A DNA stretch of 64,000 bases from Basidiobolus meristosporus CBS 931.73 (taxonomy: Eukaryota > Fungi > Basidiobolomycota): the NCBI GenBank assembly GCA_002104905.1, contig MCFE01000167.1, positions 82,156 through 146,155 on the forward strand. The letters run 5' to 3'. Position 1 is the stretch's first letter; each line of letters opens with the position of its first letter. Below the pieces are notes generated by a model. It made no database searches. It was not told the origin of the DNA and worked only from the letters and a program-made list of their open reading frames with translations. The position numbers were made by a program, and so were the translations under genes. Shown here piece after piece: positions 39,358 through 53,672 of this stretch.

Positions 39358-41519
39358 TATTCAACCAAAAAAGTGGACTCTAAGTTTGATCTGGAGATAG
39401 CGTTTTGCCTTACTGTTCTACTTTCCAAGCGCAAAGTGTCTTTGGAAGAAATAAAAAAGATGGTAACCTCGCTGGTAGTCAAACCAATGTAAATAAATAT
39501 ATTATGATGTTGAAAGAACAATTCAGGACTAAACCAAGACAAAACAAAGTAAAGGCCAATCATGTAGCAACATAGTGACAGAACCATGGCGATCAAAAGT
39601 AAATAAACATTGGTGAGCCTGATAAAAAAAACCAAACCTTAGATAGGCCATATAAAGCCATATCTATCATCATTCTACACTGCCTTAAGGTACTCCTTGT
39701 GTCAAGATGCTTGAATCAGTGACGGAGTAGTGAGTTTTATATTTCACCCGCGGCGAGTGTTTACTGCCGTTGGACTGGCTGACTTCTAATGGGTCGAAGT
39801 ACAAAGTGCAATTTGCTGTGCAACCTGGATGTAACCTGACGATGACTGTTTTGAGTTATATCAAGTACTGCTCAACGTGGTCGAGCCCAACTGGGTCATA
39901 ACCTGCACGCCACGAAATTACGACATACGACCCGCACTATACTAGAGAATATATCAAACGGAATAGAAATACGAACGGAGTTTTAGGCGATGCGGAGTGA
40001 CGAGGCGCTTCAAGCATCGCAGATAACGAGCACATACCAGCTATTTGTCATTTCTGTTGAGGATGTATTTGTAGGTCAGAGATTTACGGCTGTAGCTATC
40101 GATTGCTCTCACACAATCATGGCTTGTCCATAGCAGTGAATAAGGAAAAGGCTACAGCACGATCTGTTAGTCAGCGGAACTTGTAAAAACCCGTTTAAGC
40201 ATATATGCGAACGGAACCACGGCTCAGGTGAAGTTTGAAGTTGGCATTGGAAACCGGACTGAAGAGTTCCCACAAATAATGCATTTCTCTCGTCTGTTAC
40301 AAAGCTATCTCTGCTTGAGCAGGTATTAAAATTGTGAGGATATAATTCCACTCAATGGGGATGATATACCCAATTGTCTGGAACCTTAATACGATGTAGC
40401 AGTTAACCTCGGGAGATTTTATTCAAAAAGCTGATGCGCTCCCAAACGTAGTAAAACAGCACAACATTGCTACCATCAACCAAACGGGAAACACGCCACT
40501 CAGGAATCACGCGGAAGCAAGATCAAGCACAACACTGTTATATTGTGTGATTTGTGCGACCTGGAATTGCACCTCAGAGTGAAAATTTCGGATTGGGCTA
40601 GGATGGGTATTTGGATAATTTGAAAATAATCGAGATTCTTGAATGTTTACCCGGATCTGAAATCCACTGGCTCGACCCGAGAATTGCCTATCAAGAGATG
40701 TTTGCAAACACCATGAGACTGCCAGATTGTTATAACCGGTTTGCGTGTAGGAAAAACGATTTTCTGTGGCACCAACCGGAACCCGCCTCATAAGAAAAAT
40801 ATATAGGGCAATATAGATGAGTCTATATCCAGCATTCGTACTTCCAAACCGATTAGGTACGATGTGTAATCTGGGAATTTGTAATCTCTCTCAAGAGGTA
40901 ATTCTTATAACTTGTATGGCACTTGATATAACAATCACACCAGCTTTGGGACTCATCATCCATTTTTGTGGCTCAGCAATGGTCATGAAAAGTTTGAGTA
41001 ACCAAGATGGCAACTGAGATAGCTATGCCATTGGGATGGAAAACTTGACTTATCTGTGCATATTTATGTATGACTTACCCGATATATATGACAACCCTCC
41101 ATATATGGCGGCCATGTGGTCTATGTGACGCTCACCCAGGGTGATGAGCACGGATCACCAGTCAACGAGCAAAGTGGCTCAATACATTTTCCCGAATGTG
41201 CTCACCAATGCTGAATTTGGCCAATTTGGCCTAGTCACTCCCAAACTGGATAACCCTGGATTTCCTTTCCTAAACCAAGTTTCAAACCTTGTAGAAATTC
41301 GAGTATTACTGGCAATAGGTTTAAAAGGTTCTCGGGTTACTAATAGCCACACATCAAGCACTGAGAACAGGTTCTATATATAGGATGACCAATGGCTGGT
41401 GAGGCATCCATACGGATAATCGTTTTGGAGATGAGATTAGGCATTTGAAAACTTCCGGTCTTTGGCAAATATATAGTTTATTTTACAGCTCTCTATGGTA
41501 TAGTATTAATGTACAATGT

Positions 41520-42623
41520 TCAACATGACACTATGTCTGAATAGCTTGGGGGTAAATACTCAAGATTAGTCATGTGGCTTTGATAGACTGGTGGGCGATC
41601 TGATGTAATTTCGTTGTAATTTGGTAAAGATTCAGATGCAATATATTCTGAATTGAATTTGGCATCATCGTCAGACGCAACCAAAATGGGCAGAGAGGTG
41701 ACCATACTTGTGTACACCCCGTTGATCTCCAGCTCGATTTTGGCGTAGAGCCTGTGAGTTACTTCAACATATTCTGAGGATGCATCGCAATGAATTCGCC
41801 TAGAGTTCTTGGGAATTCGAATTCTGACCACTTGCTGTGTTTCGTCGCCATTAAAATAATTGGAAACCGAGTGAACAGCACGACGGCTTTCTACAGTAGA
41901 AATGTTGTTTGGGTCATTCACGTCTGGCACCCGGTAGAGCGTGATTTCCCCGAGGATGACCTCTACACCGATGATATGGACTTGACGGTAGAGTGGTATG
42001 TGGTGGATGTGAACTGGCACAACCTTGCCCGGCTTCAGCTGATAGCTGGGAATTGAAACGTCGTATGACACAATGTCCTTCCAGACCCCCTGAGATTTCG
42101 TGTTGAAGGCGGTACATGCCAGAGGGTTCATCGGTCTCGAGATATGAACAGACTTTTCGGCTTTGAAGTTGAACTGAAACATTGAGGTTTCGGCAAAAGC
42201 TTTGAACCCGTACTCTATCTGAGCACCTTCTGCTTCAAGAGACTCGGGAAGGGTGGATGGAAGTGCGAGCTCAAATGGGAATTTGTATGTCCCTTTGCTG
42301 TAGCATTTTGGGGTTTTGCATTGGTCCAAGAACTTCCATTCATGATGGACTAGGTTTCTCTGGGTCTTTTGGATTCCTAGAGTGGTTGAATGCTGCATTT
42401 AGAAGATGAACCATGATGGAAGCAACGGCACAGAATATATACCTCTATATAGAGTCAAGTTCCCCTGGAACTGGAGATGGATTCTGTGTATTTTGACAGG
42501 TGAGGCTGGGGCGAATATTAGGTTCCCCTTGAGAAAAATGACCGAGTTGTCGTCCTCAAATGAATTTGTGACGAATCGGTCTTGGGCCAACTCAATTTCA
42601 AATACTCCTTGATTGAAGAACAT
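41520..42623 (-). CDS. Alpha-arrestin (ART family) ubiquitin-ligase adaptor, 2 exons
   Basis: Arrestin-N (LKGNLIF...GTYKFPFELALPSTLPES...IEY) and arrestin-C folds, with C-terminal PY motifs PPVY and PPSY. Confidence 0.85.
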
Positions 42624-44200
42624 CCCGACTTCAGTACGCTTTAGTATTAATAAGAAGTAATGTACATCACATAGTAGGCCAGCGCCCAATGTCATTTATA
42701 TACAACTTGGCCATCGTGGCTAATACAGTGCGATCCAGTTATTAGCTCAAGCCCCAAAAGATACCGGATCAACTATTTATCATCGTCCAAATAGCGAATC
42801 TTGAAGTTGGTGGCGATTCAGATATATGTTGTCTAGAAGTAGAAAGCTTACCAACAGTCAAAATCCCAACTTTCCTCTCTTTTCACCAAAATGGGAATAT
42901 CGATGTCTGTTTTCAATGATTTCAGAAGCTGTGACCCAATAGGATGGCTTCATAGGAATAACTGATAAGCGAGGCCTGATTTCTGATGTCTTACCATCGT
43001 AAACAAATTGCCGGCTTCATAAAAGTCATACTGATCATGTATTGGAATTGCCATATGCGGGCACCTGCATCCTTTCGCGAAAATTTTCAAACGACTCAGT
43101 CTTCTACAAGGGGATTAGTGCCCCCTTCACCCCTTTGGCCACTGAGTCCTGCTGCTGTGGAAGCTTGGTCACAGTAAGATTTCATATCAAAAAATTGCAG
43201 TGAGTTTGTTGCGAATTGATGGACTGGGAGTAAAGTACGACTCTGGCCAGCCTACCAATCGTAGTTATTTCAGGGTTGCGAATCGTCCATGTGAAATCTA
43301 TGATCGCTCGATTTAGATGATGCAATAGGTAATTTAGCCGAGGTGGCCAACCATGGCTGCCCGTTTTTTGCTAAGATTCCTTGGGTTATTGGTTGAGCTC
43401 CGTCTTTATTAGTGCTGTCAGATGTGCACCATATTATTTCATTGCTGTACACCTAATTATAGCGTAGTTATGTCAGTAATGGCGCGAGTCTACCGGACCA
43501 ATACACTTAGGCCATCCTTGGCCAACCACAGAGGACCTTCTTTAATAATTAAGCGTTGGCCGTGTGGTGCCTCAAGCCTCCAAGTGCACAAACTGATTGC
43601 GTTGCTGGTGCAGAAATGCACGCATGTATACAACTTACCATTTGGGAACTACATGGTTCATTCTGGCGAGTTTCCGATCAGTCCTATTGAATCCATCAAT
43701 CAATACTGCAGCCAGGACATGGTCTAGTTTTTTCCTCTATCACTGGCAGTGCAACGGTCATTTTTGGGCTTTGAGTTTTGGGAAGTCTTCTTCCTAATCC
43801 GAAGGATGATCAAATCTGTATACTACACTAAATAAGCTTGCATAGGCATCGCCTGTTCCATTAGACGCCGTTGTCGGTTGCGAATGTTTTCTATTTAAAA
43901 GGAAGTGTCTCGATACGACTCACTTGAATAGTAGATGATAGAACCATATATGCCCAGCATCATGTTACCATAGGAACCTTAAAAGCAAATTGGTTTCATC
44001 ATTGTTGGAGCACGAACTATATCCATGCTCAGAGATCAACAATGGCTAATCAGCGCTCAGCTATAAATGGCAAACTAGGTTACTTTGTAACGGCGCTATA
44101 CATCTAGACAAGATCGAGCGATTTTCCCTTCGGGCAGCAGAGTATAAAAGCCACCACTTGTGTTATTAAGTAAGCCAACATTCAAGTGCAATATCCCATC

Positions 44201-45522
44201 ATGCGTCTGTCTACAAAAGATGTCATATGGATGGCTCTTAAGCCTATTCTCAAGCTCTTAATCAACGCAGGTATGTTCTTTACGATGTATTGCATATAAC
44301 ACAGTTGCTAACTACTGATTGTCAAGCCGGCGGGTTTGCTTTAGCCAGAGCCGGCATCATCACTCCTGCTACCGCTAAAACGGTTTCCAAAATTATCGTT
44401 AATCTGCTTCTGCCCTCCCTGTTGATCTCCAAACTGGTGCTCCATCTTGATATTGATGAAATTGCCAACATGGGAATCTCCATTTTGGTTCTGGTTACTT
44501 ATATCCTACTTGGTCTGGTTGGTGGTCTGCTGATGAAATCCTTCTTACCCTTGCCAGAAGGCTTCAAAGGCGGGTTTGTTTCTATGAATGTGTGGGGTAA
44601 CTTTGCCGATCTGCCTTTAGCCGTATTGATGTCTATCGGGAATAGTCCGCCATTCTTGCCAGGGGAATCTGCCAAGGGTTCAGCCTATACCGCCATGTTT
44701 TACGTAGTATTCAATTTTACTCTCTTCGTATGCGGAGGCTCCACTATCATCGAGAGTGATTTTAGTAATCCGGTAGTTCTCCCTGAATCAATTCCTCTAC
44801 CTGAGGTGCCCAAGAGAGATCAGCCGTCATTGAAGGAGATTGACGACGAACCATCTACTTCTGAGAGCGCGAGTGACTCGATGCAAAATCCGATTGGTCA
44901 CCACTCCAATGACTCTAATATCACTGTGGTTGATACCTTGAAAGATGCTTCCAAGCCCGTCTCTTCCCCAAAGTGGAAAAAAGCTATGAAACGCTTCTTG
45001 AGAAATCTCATGATACCACCTAACATCGCCACATTTATCGGGGTAACGGTTGCACTTGTAGCGCCCCTTAAAGGCCTATTTATCGCTAGGAAGGGCAGTA
45101 GCCATGAGCCATGCCTTAGCTGGGTTCTGGATAGCATAATCACGATATCTGGAGCATACATCCCTCTTGCGTTTGTTAACCTTGGTGCTGCACTCTCAAA
45201 AATTAGTGTTCATCGGGTACCGAAGGTGGCAGCACTAGCGATTACTTTCTTCAAAATGATTGTATTCCCCTTCATAGGTGTTGGGTATATTCAATTGCTC
45301 ACATATCATACACCACTCATTGACCCTGAGGATCGTGTTTTCCGATTCCTACTGATGTTTGGATCCTGTGTCCCATCTGCCACTACACTTTTGCTATTGA
45401 CCCAATTTTACAACCCAACTGGTAAGGCCAAAGAGATTACTGGGATCCTAGCTCTCCAGTATCTGGTGGGATTTGTTACTATGGTTATATCCATGGTTAT
45501 CATCCTAAACCTGCTGTTTTAA
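44201..45522 (+). CDS. Auxin-efflux-carrier (AEC/PIN-like, Ecm3-type) membrane transporter; intron 44271-44326
   Basis: Two 5-TM halves around a polar loop, with motifs LLLPSLLISK, WGNFADLPLA, GAYIPLAFVNLGA and CVPSATT. Confidence 0.88.
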
Positions 45523-48499
45523 AATAATCTTCACTTCAGTGAGTGTAAATTTTCAGATATCACGCGTTCTGAGGGGAGTTTCTCCTCGAAGTATGTTGAT
45601 TCTGTGTAAATTATCAATGAAAGCCCTGATCTAATATACCCATCCAATACCCACTTTCTTCGATTATCCCTTAAATACGAGTACGCAGTGCAATTTTAAT
45701 GCCAGCTCGGTTATTGAAAGCTACTATATTAAGGCAAACGTTAACCATTCTTCATGTGCAGCGGCCTTTTGATTTGAAACCAGATGGTACTTTTCAGTTG
45801 CAGGAAGTCAAGAACTAAGCGGTGTATTGGGAAGGGATCACAGCATCCTAATCACTTTGCTGGATTATGAATGGATAAGCTGTATTGGGTGGCTTATGTG
45901 AACCGTAATGGCATATCAAGGAGAACCTCACGTCATTGTTAAGTCTAATATGGAGAACTGATTATCCTGATATTTAGTTATGGTCTTTTGAATCCCTGTA
46001 ACTGCATTGTTGTTGCCATACTCACGGATGATCAAATATAGCGTGCTCCTCATGAATAACCCGAGGCACTCCTTAATAAATTAAGAGGGAGACCATTCAT
46101 AGTTGACATATTCATGTGGCGCATCAAAGGGTGATGGCATTGGACCGCTTATATGAATATACTTTGTACTATCGGAATTGGACAGTGATCACCTGCTGGC
46201 GGTAAAAATTGGCAGCTTGTACAAACAAGGCTAAGCTATATATATGTATGTGAGGTATTTCCTAATTTGCCTTTTTAAGATTATTAGGCATATTTTACCA
46301 AATTGGGCAAGAAGCCGAAATTGGTCCAATAGATAGTTCCATGGGTCATATATAGGTGAAAAGTCGCAGTTGATTCAGGAATATTTCGCACCGATGGAGA
46401 ACAGACTAAATAGTAAAATCCAGAGTCTATTTCAGTTCTTCAGTCTACAGATCGTCAAAAGGCCATGACGTCACAGGGGAGGGGGAGGCGGAGGACTAGT
46501 GTCAACAAGAGATTGGTAGTGTGTAAATAATCAGTGCAATTATGTGTTGACGAAAATCCAGGTTATTCCAACGCGATTTGATAATCCTTTGAGCGGAAAT
46601 ACATCTATATAAAACCAGTTCTTCACCCATTCATACCTATTAGGGAGTTCTTTGTTGACAGGAATGCTGCTACCACTGGTAGTTTAGTTGCTGATATGAG
46701 GCAAGTGACTAAACTTCTGAGTGAACTCTGTCGGATACACCATAGCGGTGATACGTGGAAGGCCTTGGTGCAAGATACACAAAGCTCGCAAGGATATTGA
46801 AGTCTTTATCATTCAACGGTGATGTATAAAATCAATCTCAAGATCTAAATTGACTTGTAATCGCTTATCCTAAGTACAAAACAGTGCTGTTTGACCAGTA
46901 CCGGTAGTATGAAAATCCATCAAGTTTTCTGATATTTAGGAGGTGTCCTAAATTTATTCATCATATGGCCTTGTTGCTTCGTGTAGTTTATTGCCATTAT
47001 TTCTGCGGACTCCTTTGGCTAGCTTTTTGAAGCATATCCGCTAACTTGGTTATTCACCACAACTTGTTAATGTTTACTTTGAATAGGTTACTGTAACTAT
47101 TTCCTCTGTATGACTACAGAATAACTCGCCAACTGCTGTAGATTGATAGTATTGCACCTACTCTTCATAAACTACTATCTTGTTCTCTGTTCACAATCTC
47201 GAATTCCTTTAGAAGTTACTTCTGTGATGATTGAACCTTCCAAAATCAGCCAGTCAACACTTTTTGGTAACTTTACTACATTCCAATGCTACGGGCTCTA
47301 CAAAAAGTACGGTACTACAGATCACCTTCAGGTTATACGTGTCGGAATCCTAGTTCTGTACAAATTGCAATATTGATAAATGAGGTTATGAGCATTTCAT
47401 ATCAGTTTGAGATATACACTGACTCTGAATCATGCTGTTCGTACATTAAATACCAGCAGAAGAGTATAAAGCCCGGGTTTGCCACTTGCCCGCAGAGTAT
47501 ATATTTGCTATAAAAGTAGTGAATGCACTAATCAAATTATTAAGTTGGCTATAACACTAGAAAACATACACTAAATGAAGCTGCACCTTGATAAATAGCT
47601 TTCAGACAGGAGAACCTTGGGGATAGAGTGCCAAATAAGCGCTGGATACAAATGTCAAAAAACCTCTATATTTTGGATTCATATCATGTAGTATAAAAGC
47701 ATACATTTTAGATTTTCGTTCCCATGTTAAGGGTCACTTACCAACCGACGAGTGAAGAAATACAAAGTAGGACCATTATCCTAGCACTTCATCTCCAAGA
47801 TTTCTTTCAGGATGCGCTTTGCAATCACGAACTATAATAGTTACCCAAGCGCATCACTCATGACTGAACGAATGTTCAGCGGAATGCCGGTTCTTACAGC
47901 ATTTTTAGAGTTGGCTCTTCTTAAAGTGGATCAGCTATAAAGAAATTACCGAATTTCTATCGAATAGGTGTGACTCAACGACTTGTATTCCTCTCGTTAA
48001 CACAAGATATCTGGTGCCCAAGTCATTACGTAAAGGTCAAGCAACTTGATCTTATCACGACTGCACAGCAGGGCACTCAGTAGTGTAACATATGCCAGAA
48101 CATTCTCTTATGATGCACGACGACGAACAGATGCGTAAATTTTCTATGGCTTTCACTACACACATGTTGTTTACATCATTGTGGCAAAGGCCAAAAAGAA
48201 CAGATAACCGGGGCCAAGAAGGGTGGTGCCGTATACCGAAGGGATGGATACAAATTGTCTGTTGTTTGCAACAATGCTTGACAAAGATTTTGTGGGTAGA
48301 ATTACCGTTCTTCGTATTGCTTTTGGTAAAATTTGCCCAGTAATCTTCCCACTTTGTAGATGCACATATCTCTGATATATACTCGATGAAACGGGGGAGT
48401 CAATCTTATAGTGTTTAGCCAAGAGTACAAATGGTCTTATGAAGAGGGACTCCATTATTTGGCGATAAGAGTCACATTTATTTCGAGCTTTATTTTTCA

Positions 48500-50467
48500 A
48501 AGGTTATTAATAGAATTGTCCCAGGTAATTCAGTGGTTTTTGGTCAGAGCACCATCATGGGGGAGCTTGCTTATTATTCTGTTCATCCGCTCGCCTGGAA
48601 TGAGATCGAGCGCCTCCAGAACCAACATGGGAAAATACCGTCGCGGAAAAAGCCAGTCCGATGACATGTTATCGTTTTTCACGCTTTCATACACCCCTTT
48701 AGCATTCTGTTGGTCATCCTGGCGATCTTTTCTGTTGCTACTGGAGAAATCGATACGACCGTCATTATGATCGTGATGGCTGCGTTGAGCGTCATCCTTC
48801 GGCCCGTTCAAGAGTTCAAGTCGGAGGTTGCTGTCAATAACAGATGCTCTATTCTCCATAAGTATGCTAAGCCCAACACGAGAGACACTCTCAAAGAAGA
48901 TGCCCTAAAGATCGAACACGGTGTAGTTGCCGAGTATGAAATTCCATTTGAGGATGTTGTTCCAGGCGACTTGGTTTCGGCTGATTTGCAGTTAATCTTA
49001 TCCAAAGATCTTTTCATCTCTCAGGCATCCTTGACTGCAGAAGCAATAGCAGCGGGGAAATCCTCATCCAGTGCCTCATAGGAACTAGCGTCATCAGGGG
49101 AGCCGCAACTGGTGTAGTAAAGGCTACTGGCACTGAGACAGTGTTTGGAGCCATGGCAAAGCAACTGATTGCACAGCATCCCATTAATACCCTCTCATTG
49201 GACGAGTATTTCAAAGTGGATGAGATTCCGTTCGCCGAAAGTTGTCGGTGGTGATTAGAGACCGATCCAATCTGGATATTGATTACGAAAGTAGCAGTTG
49301 ATGAGACGTTGGCTTCATGTTCCCAAATCTTTGTGGGGAGCCTCCCTAGCCATGACAAGCCAAGAGAATGTGTTAATTTACCTACACATGGCATCATTGA
49401 ATTCCCGACGACTTGCGGAGACAGCTTCAGATATTGAATAATGAGCTGAGTGAGGATGGACTTCGTGCGATTGCTATCGCATACCGTGTGCTGGGTCGGA
49501 ATTGCAAAGATCTCACTGCCGCCCAAAAAGCGAAAATGATCTTCGCCAGATATATCGCCTTACTTGATTCACCCAAGCCAAGCACTGCTCTAGCGATCAG
49601 CGAGCTCCGTGAGTACGGAGTGATGATTAAAGTCTTGACTGGAGATGCAGCAGCAGTTTGCCGTAAGGTTTGCTAGGAGATCCAGCTCCCAGTCAACTTG
49701 GTAGTAACTACAGCCGATCTGGGGAATATTAATGAGTAACGCTTCACCGAAATCGTTGAGGAGGCAACCATGTTTACGAAGCTTACGCCGGTTTAGAAGG
49801 CACAGGTGATACACACACTGAAGAAGAAAGGTCATATTGTCGTATTCCTAGGCCATGGCATTAACGATGCTCCTGCCTTGACAGAGCGATTGCGGGATAT
49901 CGGTGGATATCGGTACTGACGTTGCCAAACAATCGGCCGACATCATCTTGCTGGAGAAGGATATGATGGTTTTGGTAGATAGGGTAATTCGTGGACGTAT
50001 CACATATGGCAACACTATTAAGTACATCAAGATGGCGATATCGTTCAACTTCGACACGTATCTAGTATGTTGGTGGGTTTAATCTGGCTTCTGTTCCTTC
50101 CTATGCTGCCAATCCAGGTGCTGATACAGAACTTGCTTTACGATATCTCGCAAATCGCCTGATAACCAAGCCCTCTTCCAAAGCGGTTGATTTGTGATAG
50201 GATTACTGGCACAGACACTGATCGTCCGATTCGAACTCCGCTGATTCCGTTCATTCGGAGTCGTGCTTCGCTTCCATTGCTTTGCTCCACCATTATTGTT
50301 ATGGTCACTGGCTTTATTATTGCGTTTGCTCTCTGAAAGAGGCTCTTTCCATGGATACTCTGCCTGGGATGTGTTATCCCTACTTATTTTCAGCAGTGCT
50401 TGCCAACTGCATGTTCACTCAATTTATCAAATCGATTTACATTTGGTACCTCAAGCCTTGGTTGTAG
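48500..50467 (+). pseudogene. Degenerate MgtA/MgtB-like (P3B) Mg2+ P-type ATPase pseudogene
   Basis: Fragments in shifting frames: [91 protein letters not shown] and PIQVLIQNLLYDISQ. There are stops and frameshifts, and the TM3-4/DKTGT segment is missing. Confidence 0.88.
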
Positions 50468-53400
50468 AGGTCAGCAAAAATCGCATCTAATAAAGTCATT
50501 TTGGTAGAGTATGAGGTCTTCACTAGTCATTTTGAATTTCAGCAGGATCATTTGCAAAGCTATCTACATTTTGACAGCATCGAAGTGCCACTAATGACAC
50601 CATCGACGTGAATGATTGATGAAGTAGGGAATCTAAATATATGGGAAACAAAAGCCAAATCAAAAATCCCTTTGAGGCAACATCACTTCCCTTGCTAGTG
50701 GGTTGGTGTGACCAGTAATTCAACTGGAATCTTGCAGAGACAGGGCTAGCGAGAGAGAATGACAATGATGACTTGATAGAATGTAATTTGGTCAATAAGA
50801 GGCGGCCGGCAGACTTTATGGACATGAGTCCATACCATTTGTATCCGACTCAAAGGGATTACCTGATGCATTCGTTACTTTCAATTGCAAATGTGGTTCA
50901 TTAGGCCAACAAATAGGCTCTTATTACTTCATTGATAATGTGAAGATGCTAAGCATATCCGATTATGAAGCACTGGGGCGAAAAGTAATAATCCATTCTT
51001 AATGGAGCATGGTCAGTAATATTTGGGCTTCATGACGGCCTGGAAGATGACCCGGGTGTAAGTTTCTGTTGCAAATAGTAGGTGCCTTATATGAACTGAC
51101 ACAGATTGCAGTTTCGTTAAACTAATATTTCTGGGGAGCAGGGCTATGTACCTCTTCAGTATATAGCAGTATCGGAAATATACTGCTCACATATAGAATA
51201 TGAAAAATATCTAGCCACGTACATGCGTCGAAACTACGAGCAGATTATATTTGATGTTGACGGGGAAGGTAGGAATATCAGCTAAAACAGCTTAAAAAAT
51301 CAAAGTTTGAAGTTTTTTCATCGGGGTATTCGCCACATGGGTAGTAATGGTGGTTGATCCTTTGGTACTCCAAGCAGGAGTACTGATGCTTATTTCATAC
51401 TCGACTACCAGGGTGATACAAAAGTACCTCTATTTGAGAAACAGTTTGAACACTGTTTTGATATATAGCCAGTCTGACGCAACACTTTGTTAGTATTTGG
51501 TTTTGATTATACCGAATTTCAATAGGGCGTTCAACCCAAAGCACTTGTAGAGACAATTACTAGATGAAAAATGTGTAAACACATTATTTAATGTTATGAT
51601 AGTTTTTGAAATATTAGAAGTAATTAGAAGACTAATTGAATATGCGGCAATCACATAATGATTTGTTGAATGTAAAAGCGGTACTCATACCTTTGAGAGC
51701 TCTTGGCAAAACAAGCATGTAGAGCATGTTTAAGAAGATCTTAAAAATGTGAGCGTAAAGTTTGGAGGCTTTTGAATACTTTATCAAAGTTTAATGTTCC
51801 GGGCCCCTGACATTTTGGCGAAATTATCTAAATAAATTCTGGCAAAGAATTGGGACAGGAGATAGTAAAGTTCATATGTGACGACCCAAATGACCAAGTT
51901 AATGTAAATACTTACAAGTTGAGATCTAAATGGCCCGGTTAATGTAAATATTTGGGCGCAGATACAAAATTTGCAACACTTGGTACAATTTATGTCCAAC
52001 TTAATTATGGTGAGATCAGATGGGAAGTGATGAAAATGGATAAAAAGGTATATATAAAATGTGGGAACATATAGTAAAGGATTTATTGAAATACAAGTTG
52101 AGGGCATAATTAAGGGACCCGGGTAAAGTGTAGTACCAATTCAATATCTGCATACTACTCTGGAAATATCCAAGGGACTTGTAATTATAAGGGAGTGTGG
52201 TGTTCATTTAATAACTTAATGGGTTGAAACAAAGGAATTATACCTCAGTGGAACTTTGTAAGACTAGTGATGGTCCAAGAAACGCTCAAGGTAACTGTGT
52301 GCAAAAATTGGCTTTTAGAGTAAGTTTGGGAATTTCGATAGTTTCCAGTGCCTCCATAATTCAAAGAATTAGAAATTAGTACATAAGACACTGAGAAGCT
52401 TCAAGAATCTAGTAATCAGCTAGGTAGTGGCTTGTGTGATTTATATGTGTCAAACTGCTAATCACTTATTGTAACTTTAGAATTGCAGGACACAAATATG
52501 TTATTAAGCAATTCCAATTGTCAAGAATATCTTGCTTTCCACTATATTTTTCTAATGCGATATAAAAACAAGGAGAAAACTATCACAAAAAACTGGTATT
52601 GTGTCGAACTAATCATAAACCATTTTTCTATTTCAAGCCAACGAACCAGAGACTAACATGGCTTAGGTAGAATTTGTCAGTTCTCTTGATCAGTTCTTTA
52701 GAATTGAAAACACTGCGCAGTCAAAACAGACCCAAAGTCCGCAGGCTAAAAATAAAAGCGTGAAAATTGATATAGCTTCCGGTATCTGCATTTAGGGTGG
52801 GGCCATACACAATAGTAATACTAGAATTCCAAGTGTCTGCTGTGTGTTATGAAAACAGCGATGTTTTGAGAAACGGGTTAGTTTGACTCATGTTACAACC
52901 AGGCTTGATATATGCGTATGACGTAATGCGATTGGCATTCAGTCGTATTTATAGATTAGTTAAAGATAGATACTGATGTTACTCCACCCAAGCCCCGGGT
53001 TTGAGTTTGTGGATGTAGTATTGAGTCCTTTTAGCCATTTTAGATCAACCAATGGTCTATCCTGAATAGAAGTTCCATATGAGGAAGTGCGTAGGCTGGG
53101 TAACAGGATTGAGAAAATCAGTTATTCCCAATCAAGATAACAAACGAGCGTACCGCTCAAAGCAACTCGTGCGGCCTTCTTGGTGCTAATTATCAATAGA
53201 TTCCATCCCTCCAACAATGAGGCATGAATTTCGAAGCAGATCTTACAGCTTCTTCGTGTTACTTGCTGTTACTCTCCATCCCTCCAGTAATAAAGCGCTT
53301 GAATGAATTTTTGTGTGAATTAGTATCTCAAACACTATTTTCCAAGCTTCCAAATATGTTAAAGTAACAACTTTAGAGATTCCGAATATATCTACTCTTG

Positions 53401-53672
53401 ATATTCTAATCAGACGTTTCCTTGACTTAGATGGTCGATGTACTATACTTGTCCCTTCCTTAGTATACGAGTTAAAAATAACTATTGGGCTCTTGTTTCG
53501 TATAATAATCCAACTCAACGTTCTTTCTATATTGGGTCCTTCTACTAAATTCCTTGCTACCCAGGTATAAATCACCCAGTGGATCTTCATTTCCTTCGTA
53601 GTTCACAGTTTCATTTTTACTCTGCTTTTCAACAATGGCTCTCAAGAAGGTGATTTTAGTATAGATGCAATC

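Noticed and set aside
47700-48500. Possible decayed coding sequence on the minus strand
   Set aside because: Protein-like stretches broken by stops, but I could not assign a family.
51780-53600. AT-rich tract with short repeated motifs, possibly a MITE or DNA-transposon relic
   Set aside because: No terminal inverted repeats, TSD or transposase motif could be identified.
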